Below are positions 40,637 to 55,617 of a stretch of DNA of 64,000 nucleotides, one piece after another (position 1 is the first letter of the stretch; each line of letters opens with the position of its first letter). Origin of the DNA: Eledone cirrhosa (taxonomy: Eukaryota); assembly GCA_964016885.1 (NCBI GenBank), contig OZ024741.1, positions 260,400,001-260,464,000 on the forward strand, given 5' to 3'. A program made the translations under genes and the position numbers. Under the pieces are notes generated by a model. The model did not search any database and was not told the DNA's origin. It saw only the letters and a list, made by a program, of their open reading frames with translations.

Positions 40637-43600
40637 GTTTCGCTTTACGAGTGTTTCGGCGTACGAGTGTTTCGACTTACGAGTGTTTTAACTTACGGTT
40701 GTTTCGACTTACCCGTTTTTCGACTACGAATGTTCCGACTTACGAGTGTTTCGACTTACGAGTGTTTCGACTTACGAGTGCTTTGACTTACGAATGTTTT
40801 GACTTACTTCGACTTACGAGTGATCTGACTTACGAGTGTTCCTACTTACGAGTGTTTCGACTTACGAGTGTTTCGACTTGCGAGTGTTTCGACTTACGAG
40901 TGTTTCGGCTTACGAGTGTTTCGGTGTTTCGGCTTACGTGTGTTTCGACTTACGAGTGTTTCGACTTACGAGTGTTTCGGCTTATGAGTGTTTCGACTTA
41001 CGAGTGCTTCGGGTACGAGTGTTTCGACTTACGAGTATTTCGGCTTACGAGTGTTTCGACGTACGAATGTTTTGGCTTACGAGTGTTTCGGCTTATGAGT
41101 GTTTCGGCTTACGAGTGTTTCGACTAACGAGTGTTTCGGCTTACGAGTGTTTCAGTGTTTCGGCTTACGTGTGTTTCGACTTACGAGTGTTTCGACTTAC
41201 GACTGTTTCGGCTTACGAGTGTATCGGCTTACGAGTGTTTCGGCTTACGAGTGTTTTGACTTACGAGTGTTTTGACTTACGATTGTTTGGCTTACGAGTG
41301 TTCTGACTTACGGGTGTTCTGACTTACGAGTGTTCCGACTTACGAGTGTTTCGGCTTATGAGGGTTTCGACTTACGAGTGCTTCGGCTTACGAGTGTTTC
41401 GACTTACGAGTGTTTTGACTTACGGTGTTTCGGCTTACGAGTGTTTCGACTTACGAGTGTTTTGACGTACGGGTGTTTCGACTTACGGGTCTTTCGACTT
41501 GCGAGTGTTTCGGCTTGCGAGTGTTTCGGCTTATGAGGGTTTCGACTTACGAGTGCTTCGGCTTACGAGTGTTCTGACTTACGGGTGTTCTGACTTACGA
41601 GTGTTCCGAATTACGAGTGTTTCGGCTTATGAGGGTTTCGACTTACGAGTGCTTCGGCTTACGAGTGTTTCGACTTACGAGTGTTATGACTTACGGGTGT
41701 TTTGACATACGAGTGTTTCGACTTACGAGTGTTTTGACTTACGGGTGTTTTGACATACGAGTGTTTCGTACGAGTGTTCTGACTTACGAGTGTTCTGACT
41801 TACGAGTGTTCTGACTTACGAGTGTTTCGACATACGAGTGTTTTGACTTACGGGTGTTTCGACTTACGTGTGTTTTGACTTACGAATGTTTTGACTTACG
41901 GGTGTTTCGGCTTACGAGTGTTTCGACTTACGAGTGTTTCGGCTTACGAGTGTTTCGACTTACTAATGTTTTTACTTACGAGTGTTTCGGCGTACGAGAG
42001 TTTTGACTTACGAGTGTTTCGACTTACGAGTGTTTCGACTTACGAGTATTTTGACTTACGAATGTTTTGACTTACGGGTGTTTCGGCTTACGAGTGTTTC
42101 GACTTACGAGTGTTTCGGCTTACGAGTGATTCGACTTACTAATGTTTTTACTTACGAGTGTTTCGGCGTACGAGAGTTTGACTTACGAGTGTTTCGACTT
42201 ACGAGTGTTTCGACTTACGAGTATTTTGACTTACGAATGTTTTGACTTACGGGTGTTTCGGCTTACGAGTGTTTCGACTTACGAGTCTTTCGGCTTACGA
42301 GTGTTTTGACTTACGAGTGTTTTGACTTAAGGGTGTTTCGACTTACGAGTATTTTTGGCTTACGAGTGTTTCGACTTACGAGTGTTTTGACTTACGAGTG
42401 TTCTAATTTACGGATGTTTCGACATACGAGTGTTTCCACTTACGAGTGTTTCGACTTATGAGTGTTTCGACTTACGATTGTTTCGAATTACGAGTGTTTC
42501 GGCTTATGATTGTTTCGACTTACGAGTGTTTTGACTTACGGTGTTTCAGCTTACGAGTGTTTCGACTTACGAGTGTTTTGACTTACGGGTGTTTTCACAT
42601 ACGAGTGTTTCGATACGAGTGTTCTGACTTACGAGTGTTCTGACTTACGAGTGTTTTGACTTACGAGTGTTCTGACTTACGAGTGTTCCGACTTACGAGT
42701 GTTCCGACTTACGAGTGTTTCGGCTTACGAGTGTTTCCGGCTTACGAGTGTTTCGACTTACGAGTGTTTTGACTTACGGTGTTTCGGCTTACGAGTGATT
42801 CGACTTACGAGTGTTTTGACTTACGGGTGTTTTGACTTACGGGTGTTGTGAATTACGAGTGTTCCGATTTACGAGTGTTTTGACTTACGGTGTTTCGGCT
42901 TACGAGTGATTCGACTTACGAATGTTTTGACTTACGGGTGTTTCGGCTTGCGAGTGTTTCGACTTACGAGTGTTTCGGCTTATGAGTGTTTCGACTTACT
43001 AATGTTTTTACTTACGAGTGTTCTGACTTACGAGTGTTCCGACTTACGAGTGTTCCGACTTACGAGTGTTTCGGCTTACGAGTGTTTCCGGCTTACGAGT
43101 GTTTCGACTTACGAGTGTTTCGACTTACGAGTGTTTTGACTTACGGTGTTTCGACTTACGAGTGATTCGACTTACGAGTGTTTTGACTTACGGGTGTTTT
43201 GACTTACGGGTGTTGTGAATTACCAGTGTTCCGATTTACGAGTGTTTTGACTTACGGTGTTTCGGCTTACGAGTGATTCGACTTACGAATGTTTTGACTT
43301 ACGGGTGTTTCGGCTTGCTAGTGTTTCGACTTACGAGTGTTTCGGCTTATGAGTGTTTTGACTTACTACTGTTTTTACTTACGAGTGTTTCGGCGTACGA
43401 GTGTTTTGACTTACGAGTGTTTCGACTTACGAGTGTTTCGACTTACGAGTGTTTCGGCTTACGTGAGTTTCGACTTAAGAGCGTTCTGATTTACGAGTGT
43501 TCTGACTTGCGGGTGTTCTGATTTACGAGTGTTCCGACTTACGAGTGTTTCGTCTTATGAGTGTTTCGACTTACGAGTGTTTCGGCTTACGAGTGTTTCG

Positions 43601-45201
43601 ACTTACGAGTGTTTTGACTTACGAATGTTTTGACTTACGGGTGTTTCGGCTTACGAGTCTTTCGACCTACGAGTCTTTCGGCTTACGAGTGTTTCGGCGT
43701 ACGAGTGTTTCGACTTACGAGTGTTTCGACTTACGGGTGTTTTGACTTACGGGTGTTTCGGCTTACGAGTGTTTTGAATTACGGGTGTTTTGACTTAAGG
43801 GTGTTTCGACTTACGAGTATTTTTGGCTTACGAGTGTTTCGACTTACGAGTGTTTTGAATTACGAGTGTTCTGATTTACGGATGTTTCGACATACGAGTG
43901 TTTCGACTTACGAGTGTTTCGACTTATGAGTGTTTCGACTTACGAGTGTTTCGACTTACGAAGGTTTCGGCTTATGAGTGTTTCGACTTACGAGTGTTTT
44001 GACTTACGGTGTTTCGGCTTACGAGTGTTTCGACTTACGAGTGTTTTGACTTACTGGTGTTTTGACATACGAGTGTTTCGATACGAGTGTTCTGACTTAC
44101 GAGTGTTCTGACTTACGAGCGTTTTGCCTTACGAGTGTTCTGACTTACGAGTGTTCCGACTTACGAGTGTTCCGACTTACGAGTGTTTCGGCTTACGAGG
44201 GTTTCCGGCTTACGAGTGTTTCGACTTACGAGTGTTTTGACTTACGGTGTTTCGGCTTACGAGTGATTCGACTTACGAGTGTTTTGACTTATGGGTGTTT
44301 TGACTTACGGGTGTTGTGAATTACGAGTGTTCCGATTTACGAGTGTTTCGGCTTATGAGTGTTTCGACTTACGAGTGTTTCGGCTTACGAGTGTTTCGAC
44401 TTATGGGTGTTTCGACTTACGAGTGTTTTTACTTACGGTGTTTCGGCTTACGAGTGTTTCGACATACGAGTGTTCAGACTTACGAGTGTTCCGACTTACG
44501 AGCGTTCCGACTTACGAGTGTTTTGACTTATGGGTGTTTTGACATACGAGTGTTTCGATACGAGTGCTCTGACTTACGAGTGTTCTGACTTACGAGTGTT
44601 CTGACCTACGAGTGTTCTGACTTACGGGTGTTCTGACTTACGTGTGTTCCGACTTACGAGTGTTTCAGCTATGGGTGTTTCGACTTACGAGTGTTTCGAC
44701 TTACGAATGTTTTGGCTTACGAGTGTTTCGGCTTACGAGTGTTTCGACTTACGAATGTTTTGGCTTACGAGTGTTTCGGCTTACGGGTCTTTCGACTTAC
44801 GAGTGTTTCGACTTACGAGTGTTTTGACTTACGGTGTTTCGGCTTACGAGTTATTCGACATACTAGTGTTTCGACTTACGGGTGTTTCGACTTACGGGTG
44901 TTTCGACTTACGAGTGTTTCGACTTATGAGTGTTTCGACTTACGAGTGTTCTGACTTACGAGTGTTCTGACTTACGATTGTTCCGACTTACGAGTGTTTC
45001 GGTTTACGAGTGTTTCGACACACGAGTGTTTTGACTTACGGGGGTTTCGACTTACGGGTGTTTCGACTTACGAGTGTTTCGGCTTACGAGTGTTTCGACT
45101 TACTAATGTTTTTACTTACGAGTGTTTCGGTGTACGAGTGTTTCGACTTAAGGCTGTTTCGACTTACGAGTGTTTCGACTTACGAGTGGTTCGACTTACG
45201 A

Positions 45202-45270
45202 AAATAACAAATAGACGCGGTTTCAAATCTCTATGATTTTCAAGTTCATTACATTAATCTTTATTTATAC
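45202..45270 (+). repeat. 69-bp AT-rich element, copy 9 (CTCTATGATTTTCAAGTTC)
   Basis: Same element with an A>G change in the second TTTCAAA. The flanks match copy 6. Confidence 0.97.
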
Positions 45271-48200
45271 GTTTCGCTTTACGAGTGTTTCGACTTACGA
45301 GTGTTTCGACATACGAGTGTTTCGACTTCCGAATGTTTTTGCTTACGGGTGTTTCGACTTACGAATGGTTCGGCTTACGAGTGTTTCGGCTTACGAGTGT
45401 TCCGACTTAGGAGTGTTTCGGCTTACGAGTGTTTCCGGCTTACGAGTGTTTCGACTTACGAGTGTTTCGACTTTCGAGTGTTTTGACTTACGGTGTTTCG
45501 GCTTACGAGTGATTCGACTTACGAGTGTTTTGACTTACGGGTGTTTTGACTTACGGGTGTTGTGAATTACCAGTGTTCCGATTTACGAGTGTTTTGACTT
45601 ACGGTGTTTCGGCTTGCGAGTGTTTCGACTTACTAATGTTTTTACTTACGAGTGTTTTGACTTACGAGTGTTTCGACTTACGAGTGTTTTGACTTACGAA
45701 TGTTTTGACTTACGGGTGTTTCGGCTTACGGGTGTTTCGACTTACGAGTGTTTCGACTTATGAGTGTTTCGACTTACGAGTGTTCTGACTTACGAGTGTT
45801 CTGACTTACGAGTGTTCCGACTTACGAGTGTTTCGGTTTACGAGTGTTTCGACATACGAGTGTTTTGATTTACGGGTGTTTCGACTTACGGGTGTTTCGA
45901 CTTACGAGTGTTTCGGCTTACGAGTGTTTCGACTTACTAATGTTTTTACTTACGAGTGTTTCGGTGTACGAATGTTTTGACTTAAGGATGTTTCGACTTA
46001 CGGGTGTTTCGACTTACGAGTGTTTCGGCTTACGTGAGTTTCGACTTAAGAGTGTTCTGATTTACGAGTGTTCTGACTTGCGGGTGTTCTGATTTACGAG
46101 TGTTCCGACTTACGAGTGTTTCGGCTTATGAGTGTTTCGACTTACGAGTGTTTCGGCTTACGAGTGTTTCGACTTATGGGTGTTTCGACTTACGAGTGTT
46201 TTTACTTAAGGTGTTTCGGCTTACGAGTGTTTCGACATACGAGTGTTTTGACTTACGGGTGTTTCGGCTTACGAGTGTTTCGACTTACGAGTCTTTCGGC
46301 TTACGAGTGTTTCGACATACGAGTGTTTCGACTTACGAGTGTTTCGGCTTACGAGTGTTTCGACTTACTAATGTTTTTACTTACGAGTGTTTCGGCGTAC
46401 GAGAGTTTTGACTTACGAGTGTTTCGACTTACGAGTGTTTTGACTTACGAATGTTTTGACTTACGGGTGTTTCGGCTTATGAGTGTTTCGACTTACGAGT
46501 CTTTCGGCTTACGAGTGTTTCGACTTACTAATGTTTTTACTTACGAGTGTTTCGGCGCACGAGTGTTTCGACTTACGGGTGTTTTGACTTACTGGTGTTT
46601 CGGCTTACGAGTGTTTCGACTTACGAGTGTTTTGACTTAAGGGTGTTTCGACTTACGAGTATTTTTGGCTTACGAGTGTTTCGACTTACGAGTGTTTTGA
46701 CTTACGAGTGTTCTGATTTACGGATGTTTCGACATACTAGTGTTTCGACTTACGAGTGTTTCGACTTATGAGTGTTTCGTCTTACGAGTGTTTCGGCTTA
46801 CGAGTGTTTCGACTTACGAGTGTTTTGACTTACGGTGTTTCGGCTTACGAGTGTTTCGACTTACGAGTGTTTTGACTTACGGGTGTTTTGACATACGAGT
46901 GTTTCGATACGAGTGTTCTGACTTACGAGTGTTCTGACTTACGAGTGTTTTGACTTACGAGTGTTCTGACTTACGAGTGTTGCGACTTACGAGTGTTCCG
47001 ACTTACGAGTGTTTCGGCTTACGAGTGTTTCCGGCTTACGAGTGTTTCGACTTCCGAGTGTTTTGACTTACGGTGTTTCGGCTTACGAGTGATTCGACTT
47101 ACGAGTGTTTTGACTTACGGGTGATTTGACTTACGGGTGTTGTGAATTACGAGTGTTCCGATTTACGAGTGTTTTGACTTACGGTGTTTCGGCTTACGAG
47201 TGATTCGACTTACGAATGTTTTGATTTACGGGTGTTTCGGCTTGCGAGTGTTTCGACTTACGAGTGTTTAGGCTTATGGGTGTTTCGACTTACTAATGTT
47301 TTTACTTACGAGTGTTTCGGCGTACGAGTGTTTTGACTTACGAGTGTTTTGACTTACGAGTGTTTCGACTTACGAGTGTTTCGGCTTACGTGAGTTTCGA
47401 CTTAACTGTGTTCTGATTTACGAGTGTTCTGACTTGCGGGTGTTCTGATTTACGAGTGTTCCGACTTACGAGTGTTTCGGCTTATGAGTGTTTCGACTTA
47501 CGAGTGTTTCGGCTTACAAGTGTTTCGACTTATGGGTGTTTCGACTCACGAGTGTTTTTACTTACGGTGTTTCGGCTTACGAGTGTTTCGACATACGAGT
47601 GTTTTGACTTACGGGTGTTTCGACTTACGAGTGTTTTGACTTACGAATGTTTTGACTTACGGGTGTTTCGGCTTACGAGTTTTTCGACTTACTAATGTTC
47701 TTACTTACGAGTGTTTCGGCGTACGAGAGTTTTGACTTACGAGTGTTTCGACTTACGAGTGTTTCGACTTACGAGTGTTTTGACTTACGAATGTTTTGAC
47801 TTACGGGTGTTTCGGCTTACGAGTGTTTCGACTTACGAGTCTTTCGGCTTACGAGTGTTTCGACTTACTAATGTTTTTACTTACGAGTGTTTCGGCGTAC
47901 GAGTGTTTCGACTTACGAGTGTTTCGACTTACGGGTGTTTTGACATACGGGTGTTTCGGCTTACGAGTGTTTTGACTTACGAGTGTTTTGACTTAAGGGT
48001 GTTTCGACTTACGAGTATTTTTGGCTTACGAGTGTTTCGACTTACGAGTGTTCTGATTTACGGATGTTTCGACATACGAGTGTTTGGACTTACGAGTGTT
48101 TCGACTTATGAGTGTTTCGACTTACCAGTGTTTCGGCTTATGAGTGTTTCGACTTACGAGTGTTTCGGCTTACGTGAGTTTCGACTTAAGAGTGTTCTGA

Positions 48201-50377
48201 TTTACGAGTGTTCTGACTTGCGGGTGTTCTGATTTACGAATGTTCCGACTTACGAGTGTTTCGTCTTATGAGTGTTTCGACTTACGAGTGTTTCGGCTTA
48301 CGAGTGTTTCGACTTACGAGTGTTTTGACTTACGAATGTTTTGACTTACGGGTGTTTCGGCTTACGAGTGTTTCGACTTACGAGTCTTTCGGCTTACGAG
48401 TGTTTCGGCGTACGAGTGTTTCGACTTACGAGTGTTTCGACTTACGGGTGTTTTGACTTAAGGGTGTTTCGACTTACGAGTATTTTTGGCTTACGAGTGT
48501 TTCGACTTACGAGTGTTCTGATTTACGGATGTTTCGACATACGAGTGTTTCGACTTACGAGTGTTTCGACTTATGAGTGTTTCGACTTACCAGTGTTTCG
48601 GCTTATGAGTGTTTCGACTTACGAGTGTTTCGGCTTACGTGAGTTTCGACTTAAGAGTGTTCTGATTTACGAGTGTTCTGACTTGCGGGTGTTCTGATTT
48701 ACGAATGTTCCGACTTACGAGTGTTTCGTCTTATGAGTGTTTCGACTTACGAGTGTTTCGGCTTACGAGTGTTTCGACTTACGAGTGTTTTGACTTACGA
48801 ATGTTTTGACTTACGGGTGTTTCGGCTTACGAGTCTTTCGACCTACGAGTCTTTCGGCTTACGAGTGTTTCGGCGTACGAGTGTTTCGACTTACGAGTGT
48901 TTCGACTTACGGGTGTTTTGACTTACGGGTGTTTCGGCTTACGAGTGTTTTGAATTACGGGTGTTTTGACTTAAGGGTGTTTCGACTTACGAGTATTTTT
49001 GGCTTACGAGTGTTTCGACTTACGAGTGTTTTGAATTACGAGTGTTCTGATTTACGGATGTTTCGACATACGAGTGTTTCGACTTACGAGTGTTTCGACT
49101 TATGAGTGTTTCGACTTACGAGTGTTTCGACTTACGAAGGTTTCGGCTTATGAGTGTTTCGACTTACGAGTGTTTTGACTTACGGTGTTTCGGCTTACGA
49201 GTGTTTCGACTTACGAGTGTTTTGACTTACTGGTGTTTTGACATACGAGTGTTTCGATACGAGTGTTCTGACTTACGAGTGTTCTGACTTACGAGCGTTT
49301 TGCCTTACGAGTGTTCTGACTTACGAGTGTTCCGACTTACGAGTGTTCCGACTTACGAGTGTTTCGGCTTACGAGGGTTTCCGGCTTACGAGTGTTTCGA
49401 CTTACGAGTGTTTTGACTTACGGTGTTTCGGCTTACGAGTGATTCGACTTACGAGTGTTTTGACTTATGGGTGTTTTGACTTACGGGTGTTGTGAATTAC
49501 GAGTGTTCCGATTTACGAGTGTTTCGGCTTATGAGTGTTTCGACTTACGAGTGTTTCGGCTTACGAGTGTTTCGACTTATGGGTGTTTCGACTTACGAGT
49601 GTTTTTACTTACGGTGTTTCGGCTTACGAGTGTTTCGACATACGAGTGTTCAGACTTACGAGTGTTCCGACTTACGAGCGTTCCGACTTACGAGTGTTTT
49701 GACTTATGGGTGTTTTGACATACGAGTGTTTCGATACGAGTGCTCTGACTTACGAGTGTTCTGACTTACGAGTGTTCTGACCTACGAGTGTTCTGACTTA
49801 CGGGTGTTCTGACTTACGTGTGTTCCGACTTACGAGTGTTTCAGCTATGGGTGTTTCGACTTACGAGTGTTTCGACTTACGAATGTTTTGGCTTACGAGT
49901 GTTTCGGCTTACGAGTGTTTCGACTTACGAATGTTTTGGCTTACGAGTGTTTCGGCTTACGGGTCTTTCGACTTACGAGTGTTTCGACTTACGAGTGTTT
50001 TGACTTACGGTGTTTCGGCTTACGAGTTATTCGACATACTAGTGTTTCGACTTACGGGTGTTTCGACTTACGGGTGTTTCGACTTACGAGTGTTTCGACT
50101 TATGAGTGTTTCGACTTACGAGTGTTCTGACTTACGAGTGTTCTGACTTACGATTGTTCCGACTTACGAGTGTTTCGGTTTACGAGTGTTTCGACACACG
50201 AGTGTTTTGACTTACGGGGGTTTCGACTTACGGGTGTTTCGACTTACGAGTGTTTCGGCTTACGAGTGTTTCGACTTACTAATGTTTTTACTTACGAGTG
50301 TTTCGGTGTACGAGTGTTTCGACTTAAGGCTGTTTCGACTTACGAGTGTTTCGACTTACGAGTGGTTCGACTTACGA

Positions 50378-50446
50378 AAATAACAAATAGACGCGGTTTC
50401 AAATCTCTATGATTTTCAAGTTCATTACATTAATCTTTATTTATAC
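50378..50446 (+). repeat. 69-bp AT-rich element, copy 10 (CTCTATGATTTTCAAGTTC)
   Basis: Identical to copy 9, 5176 bp downstream. Confidence 0.97.
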
Positions 50447-53400
50447 GTTTCGCTTTACGAGTGTTTCGACTTACGAGTGTTTCGACATACGAGTGTTTCG
50501 ACTTCCGAATGTTTTTGCTTACGGGTGTTTCGACTTACGAATGGTTCGGCTTACGAGTGTTTCGGCTTACGAGTGTTCCGACTTAGGAGTGTTTCGGCTT
50601 ACGAGTGTTTCCGGCTTACGAGTGTTTCGACTTACGAGTGTTTCGACTTTCGAGTGTTTTGACTTACGGTGTTTCGGCTTACGAGTGATTCGACTTACGA
50701 GTGTTTTGACTTACGGGTGTTTTGACTTACGGGTGTTGTGAATTACCAGTGTTCCGATTTACGAGTGTTTTGACTTACGGTGTTTCGGCTTGCGAGTGTT
50801 TCGACTTACAAGTGTTTCGGCTTATGAGTGTTTCGACTTACTAATGTTTTTACTTACGAGTGTTTCGACTTACGAGTGTTTTGACTTACGAATGTTTTGA
50901 CTTACGGGTGTTTCGGCTTACGGGTGTTTCGACTTACGAGTGTTTCGACTTATGAGTGTTTCGACTTACGAGTGTTCTGACTTACGAGTGTTCTGACTTA
51001 CGAGTGTTCCGACTTACGAGTGTTTCGGTTTACGAGTGTTTCGACATACGAGTGTTTTGATTTACGGGTGTTTCGACTTACGGGTGTTTCGACTTACGAG
51101 TGTTTCGGCTTACGAGTGTTTCGACTTACTAATGTTTTTACTTACGAGTGTTTCGGTGTACGAATGTTTTGACTTAAGGATGTTTCGACTTACGGGTGTT
51201 TCGACTTACGAGTGTTTCGGCTTACGTGAGTTTCGACTTAAGAGTGTTCTGATTTACGAGTGTTCTGACTTGCGGGTGTTCTGATTTACGAGTGTTCCGA
51301 CTTACGAGTGTTTCGGCTTATGAGTGTTTCGACTTACGAGTGTTTCGGCTTACGAGTGTTTCGACTTATGGGTGTTTCGACTTACGAGTGTTTTTACTTA
51401 AGGTGTTTCGGCTTACGAGTGTTTCGACATACGAGTGTTTTGACTTACGGGTGTTTCGGCTTACGAGTGTTTCGACTTACGAGTCTTTCGGCTTACGAGT
51501 GTTTCGACATACGAGTGTTTCGACTTACGAGTGTTTCGGCTTACGAGTGTTTCGACTTACTAATGTTTTTACTTACGAGTGTTTCGGCGTACGAGAGTTT
51601 TGACTTACGAGTGTTTCGACTTACGAGTGTTTTGACTTACGAATGTTTTGACTTACGGGTGTTTCGGCTTATGAGTGTTTCGACTTACGAGTCTTTCGGC
51701 TTACGAGTGTTTCGACTTACTAATGTTTTTACTTACGAGTGTTTCGGCGCACGAGTGTTTCGACTTACGGGTGTTTTGACTTACTGGTGTTTCGGCTTAC
51801 GAGTGTTTCGACTTACGAGTGTTTTGACTTAAGGGTGTTTCGACTTACGAGTATTTTTGGCTTACGAGTGTTTCGACTTACGAGTGTTTTGACTTACGAG
51901 TGTTCTGATTTACGGATGTTTCGACATACTAGTGTTTCGACTTACGAGTGTTTCGACTTATGAGTGTTTCGTCTTACGAGTGTTTCGGCTTACGAGTGTT
52001 TCGACTTACGAGTGTTTTGACTTACGGTGTTTCGGCTTACGAGTGTTTCGACTTACGAGTGTTTTGACTTACGGGTGTTTTGACATACGAGTGTTTCGAT
52101 ACGAGTGTTCTGACTTACGAGTGTTCTGACTTACGAGTGTTTTGACTTACGAGTGTTCTGACTTACGAGTGTTGCGACTTACGAGTGTTCCGACTTACGA
52201 GTGTTTCGGCTTACGAGTGTTTCCGGCTTACGAGTGTTTCGACTTCCGAGTGTTTTGACTTACGGTGTTTCGGCTTACGAGTGATTCGACTTACGAGTGT
52301 TTTGACTTACGGGTGATTTGACTTACGGGTGTTGTGAATTACGAGTGTTCCGATTTACGAGTGTTTTGACTTACGGTGTTTCGGCTTACGAGTGATTCGA
52401 CTTACGAATGTTTTGATTTACGGGTGTTTCGGCTTGCGAGTGTTTCGACTTACGAGTGTTTAGGCTTATGGGTGTTTCGACTTACTAATGTTTTTACTTA
52501 CGAGTGTTTCGGCGTACGAGTGTTTTGACTTACGAGTGTTTCGACTTACGAGTGTTTCGACTTACGAGTGTTTCGGCTTACGTGAGTTTCGACTTAACTG
52601 TGTTCTGATTTACGAGTGTTCTGACTTGCGGGTGTTCTGATTTACGAGTGTTCCGACTTACGAGTGTTTCGGCTTATGAGTGTTTCGACTTACGAGTGTT
52701 TCGGCTTACAAGTGTTTCGACTTATGGGTGTTTCGACTCACGAGTGTTTTTACTTACGGTGTTTCGGCTTACGAGTGTTTCGACATACGAGTGTTTTGAC
52801 TTACGGGTGTTTCGACTTACGAGTGTTTTGACTTACGAATGTTTTGACTTACGGGTGTTTCGGCTTACGAGTTTTTCGACTTACTAATGTTCTTACTTAC
52901 GAGTGTTTCGGCGTACGAGAGTTTTGACTTACGAGTGTTTCGACTTACGAGTGTTTCGACTTACGAGTGTTTTGACTTACGAATGTTTTGACTTACGGGT
53001 GTTTCGGCTTACGAGTGTTTCGACTTACGAGTCTTTCGGCTTACGAGTGTTTCGACTTACTAATGTTTTTACTTACGAGTGTTTCGGCGTACGAGTGTTT
53101 CGACTTACGAGTGTTTCGACTTACGGGTGTTTTGACATACGGGTGTTTCGGCTTACGAGTGTTTTGACTTACGAGTGTTTTGACTTAAGGGTGTTTCGAC
53201 TTACGAGTATTTTTGGCTTACGAGTGTTTCGACTTACGAGTGTTCTGATTTACGGATGTTTCGACATACGAGTGTTTCGACTTACGAGTGTTTCGACTTA
53301 TGAGTGTTTCGACTTACCAGTGTTTCGGCTTATGAGTGTTTCGACTTACGAGTGTTTCGGCTTACGTGAGTTTCGACTTAAGAGTGTTCTGATTTACGAG

Positions 53401-55548
53401 TGTTCTGACTTGCGGGTGTTCTGATTTACGAATGTTCCGACTTACGAGTGTTTCGTCTTATGAGTGTTTCGACTTACGAGTGTTTCGGCTTACGAGTGTT
53501 TCGACTTACGAGTGTTTTGACTTACGAATGTTTTGACTTACGGGTGTTTCGGCTTACGAGTGTTTCGACTTACGAGTCTTTCGGCTTACGAGTGTTTCGG
53601 CGTACGAGTGTTTCGACTTACGAGTGTTTCGACTTACGGGTGTTTTGACTTAAGGGTGTTTCGACTTACGAGTATTTTTGGCTTACGAGTGTTTCGACTT
53701 ACGAGTGTTTTGAATTACGAGTGTTCTGATTTACGGATGTTTCGACATACGAGAGTTTCGACTTACGAGTGTTTCGACTTATGAGTGTTTCGACTTACGA
53801 GTGTTTCGACTTACGAGTGTTTCGGCTTATGAGTGTTTCGACTTACGAGTGTTTTGACTTACGGTGTTTCGGCTTACGAGTGTTTCGACTTACGAGTGTT
53901 TTGACTTACGGGTGTTTTGACATACGAGTGTTTCGATACGAGTGTTCTGACTTACGAGTGTTCTGACTTACGAGTGTTTTGACTTACGAGTGTTCTGACT
54001 TACGAGTGTTCCGACTTACGAGTGTTCCGACTTACGAGTGTTTCGGCTTACGAGTGTTTCCGGCTTACGAGTGTTTCGACTTCCGAGTGTTTTGACTTAC
54101 GGTGTTTCGGCTTACGAGTGATTCGACTTACGAGTGTTTTGACTTACGGGTGTTTTGACTTACGGGTGTTGTGAATTACGAGTGTTTCGACATACGAGTG
54201 TTCAGACTTACGAATGTTCCGACTTACGAGCGTTCCGACTTACGAGTATTTCGACTTACGAGTGTTAAGACTTACGGGTGTTTTGACATACGAGTGTTTC
54301 GATACGAGTGTTTCGACTTACGAGTGTTACGAGTGTTCTGACTTACGAGTGTTCTGACTTACGAGTGTTCTGACTTACGAGTGTTCTGACTTACGAGCGT
54401 TCTGACTTACGAGTGTTCCGACTTACGAGTGTTTCGGCTTCGAGTGTTTCGACTTACGAGTGTTCTGACTTACGAGTGTTCCGACTTACGAGCGTTCCGA
54501 CTTACGAGTGTTTCGGCTTACAAGTGTTCCGACTTACGAGTGTTTCGACTTACGAGTGTTTTGACTTACGGTGTTTCTGCTTACGAGTGTTTCGACTTAC
54601 GAGTGTTAAGACTTACGGGTGTTTTGACATACGAGTGTTTCGATACGAGTGTTTCGACTTAGGAGTGTTACGAGTGTTCTGACTTACGAGTGATTCGACT
54701 TACGGGTGTTCTGACCTACAAGTGTTCTGACTTACGAGTGTTTCGACTTACGATTGTTTTTTTCACTTACGGGTGTTTCGACTTACGCGTGTTTCGATTT
54801 ACGAGTGTTTAGACTTACGAGTGTTTCGACTACGAATATTCCGACTTACGAGTGTTTCGACTTACGAGTGTTTCGACTTACGGGTGTTCCGACTTACGAG
54901 TGTTTCGGCTTACGATTGTTTCCAGTTACGAGTGTTTCGGTTTACGAGTGTTTCGACTTACGGGTGTTTTGACTTACGGTGTTTTGGCTTACGAGTGTTT
55001 TGACTTACGAGTGTTTTGACTTACGGGTGTTTCGACTTACGGGTGTTTCGACGTAAGAGTGTTTCGACTTACGAGCGCTTCGCCATACGAGTGTTTCGAC
55101 TTACGAGTGTTTCGGCGTACGAGTGTTTTGACTTACGAGTGTTTCGACTTACGAGTGCTTTGACTTACGAATGTTTTGAATTACTTCGACTTACGAGTGA
55201 TCTGACTTTCGAGTGTTCCTACTTACGAGTGTTTCGACATACGAGTGTTTCGACTTGCGAGTGTTTCGACTTACGAGTGTTTCGACTTACGAGTGTTCTG
55301 ACTTACGAGTGTTCTGACTTACGAGTGTTCCGACTTACGAGTGTTTTGACTTACGAATGTTCTGACTTACGGGTGTTTCGCCTTACGAGTGTTTCGACTT
55401 ACGAGTGTTTTAACTTACGGGTGTTTCGACTTACGCGTGTTTCGACTTACCAGTGTTTCGACTTACGAGTGTTTCGACTTACGAATGTTCCGACTTACGA
55501 GTGTTTCTACTTACGAGTGTTTCGGCTTACGAGTGTTTCGACTTACGA

Positions 55549-55617
55549 AAATAACAAATAGACGCGGTTTCAAATATCTATGCTTTTCAAATTCATTACA
55601 TTAATCTTTATTTATAC
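55549..55617 (+). repeat. 69-bp AT-rich element, copy 11 (CAAATATCTATGCTTTT)
   Basis: Same allele and flanks as copies 7 and 8. Confidence 0.97.

Larger units (their letters stand above)
28780..43180 (+). repeat. Tandem duplication of a 7199-bp block (junction near 35980)
   Basis: ORFs recur at +7199 from 28828/36027 through 35707/42906. The element recurs at 33369/40568. Confidence 0.93.
43530..53700 (+). repeat. Tandem duplication of a 5176/5192-bp block (boundaries approximate)
   Basis: ORFs at 43545/48721 and 45233/50409 (+5176), then 45844/51036 and 48256/53448 (+5192). Rare markers TTCGACCTACG and TACGAAGGTTTC are shared. Confidence 0.9.
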
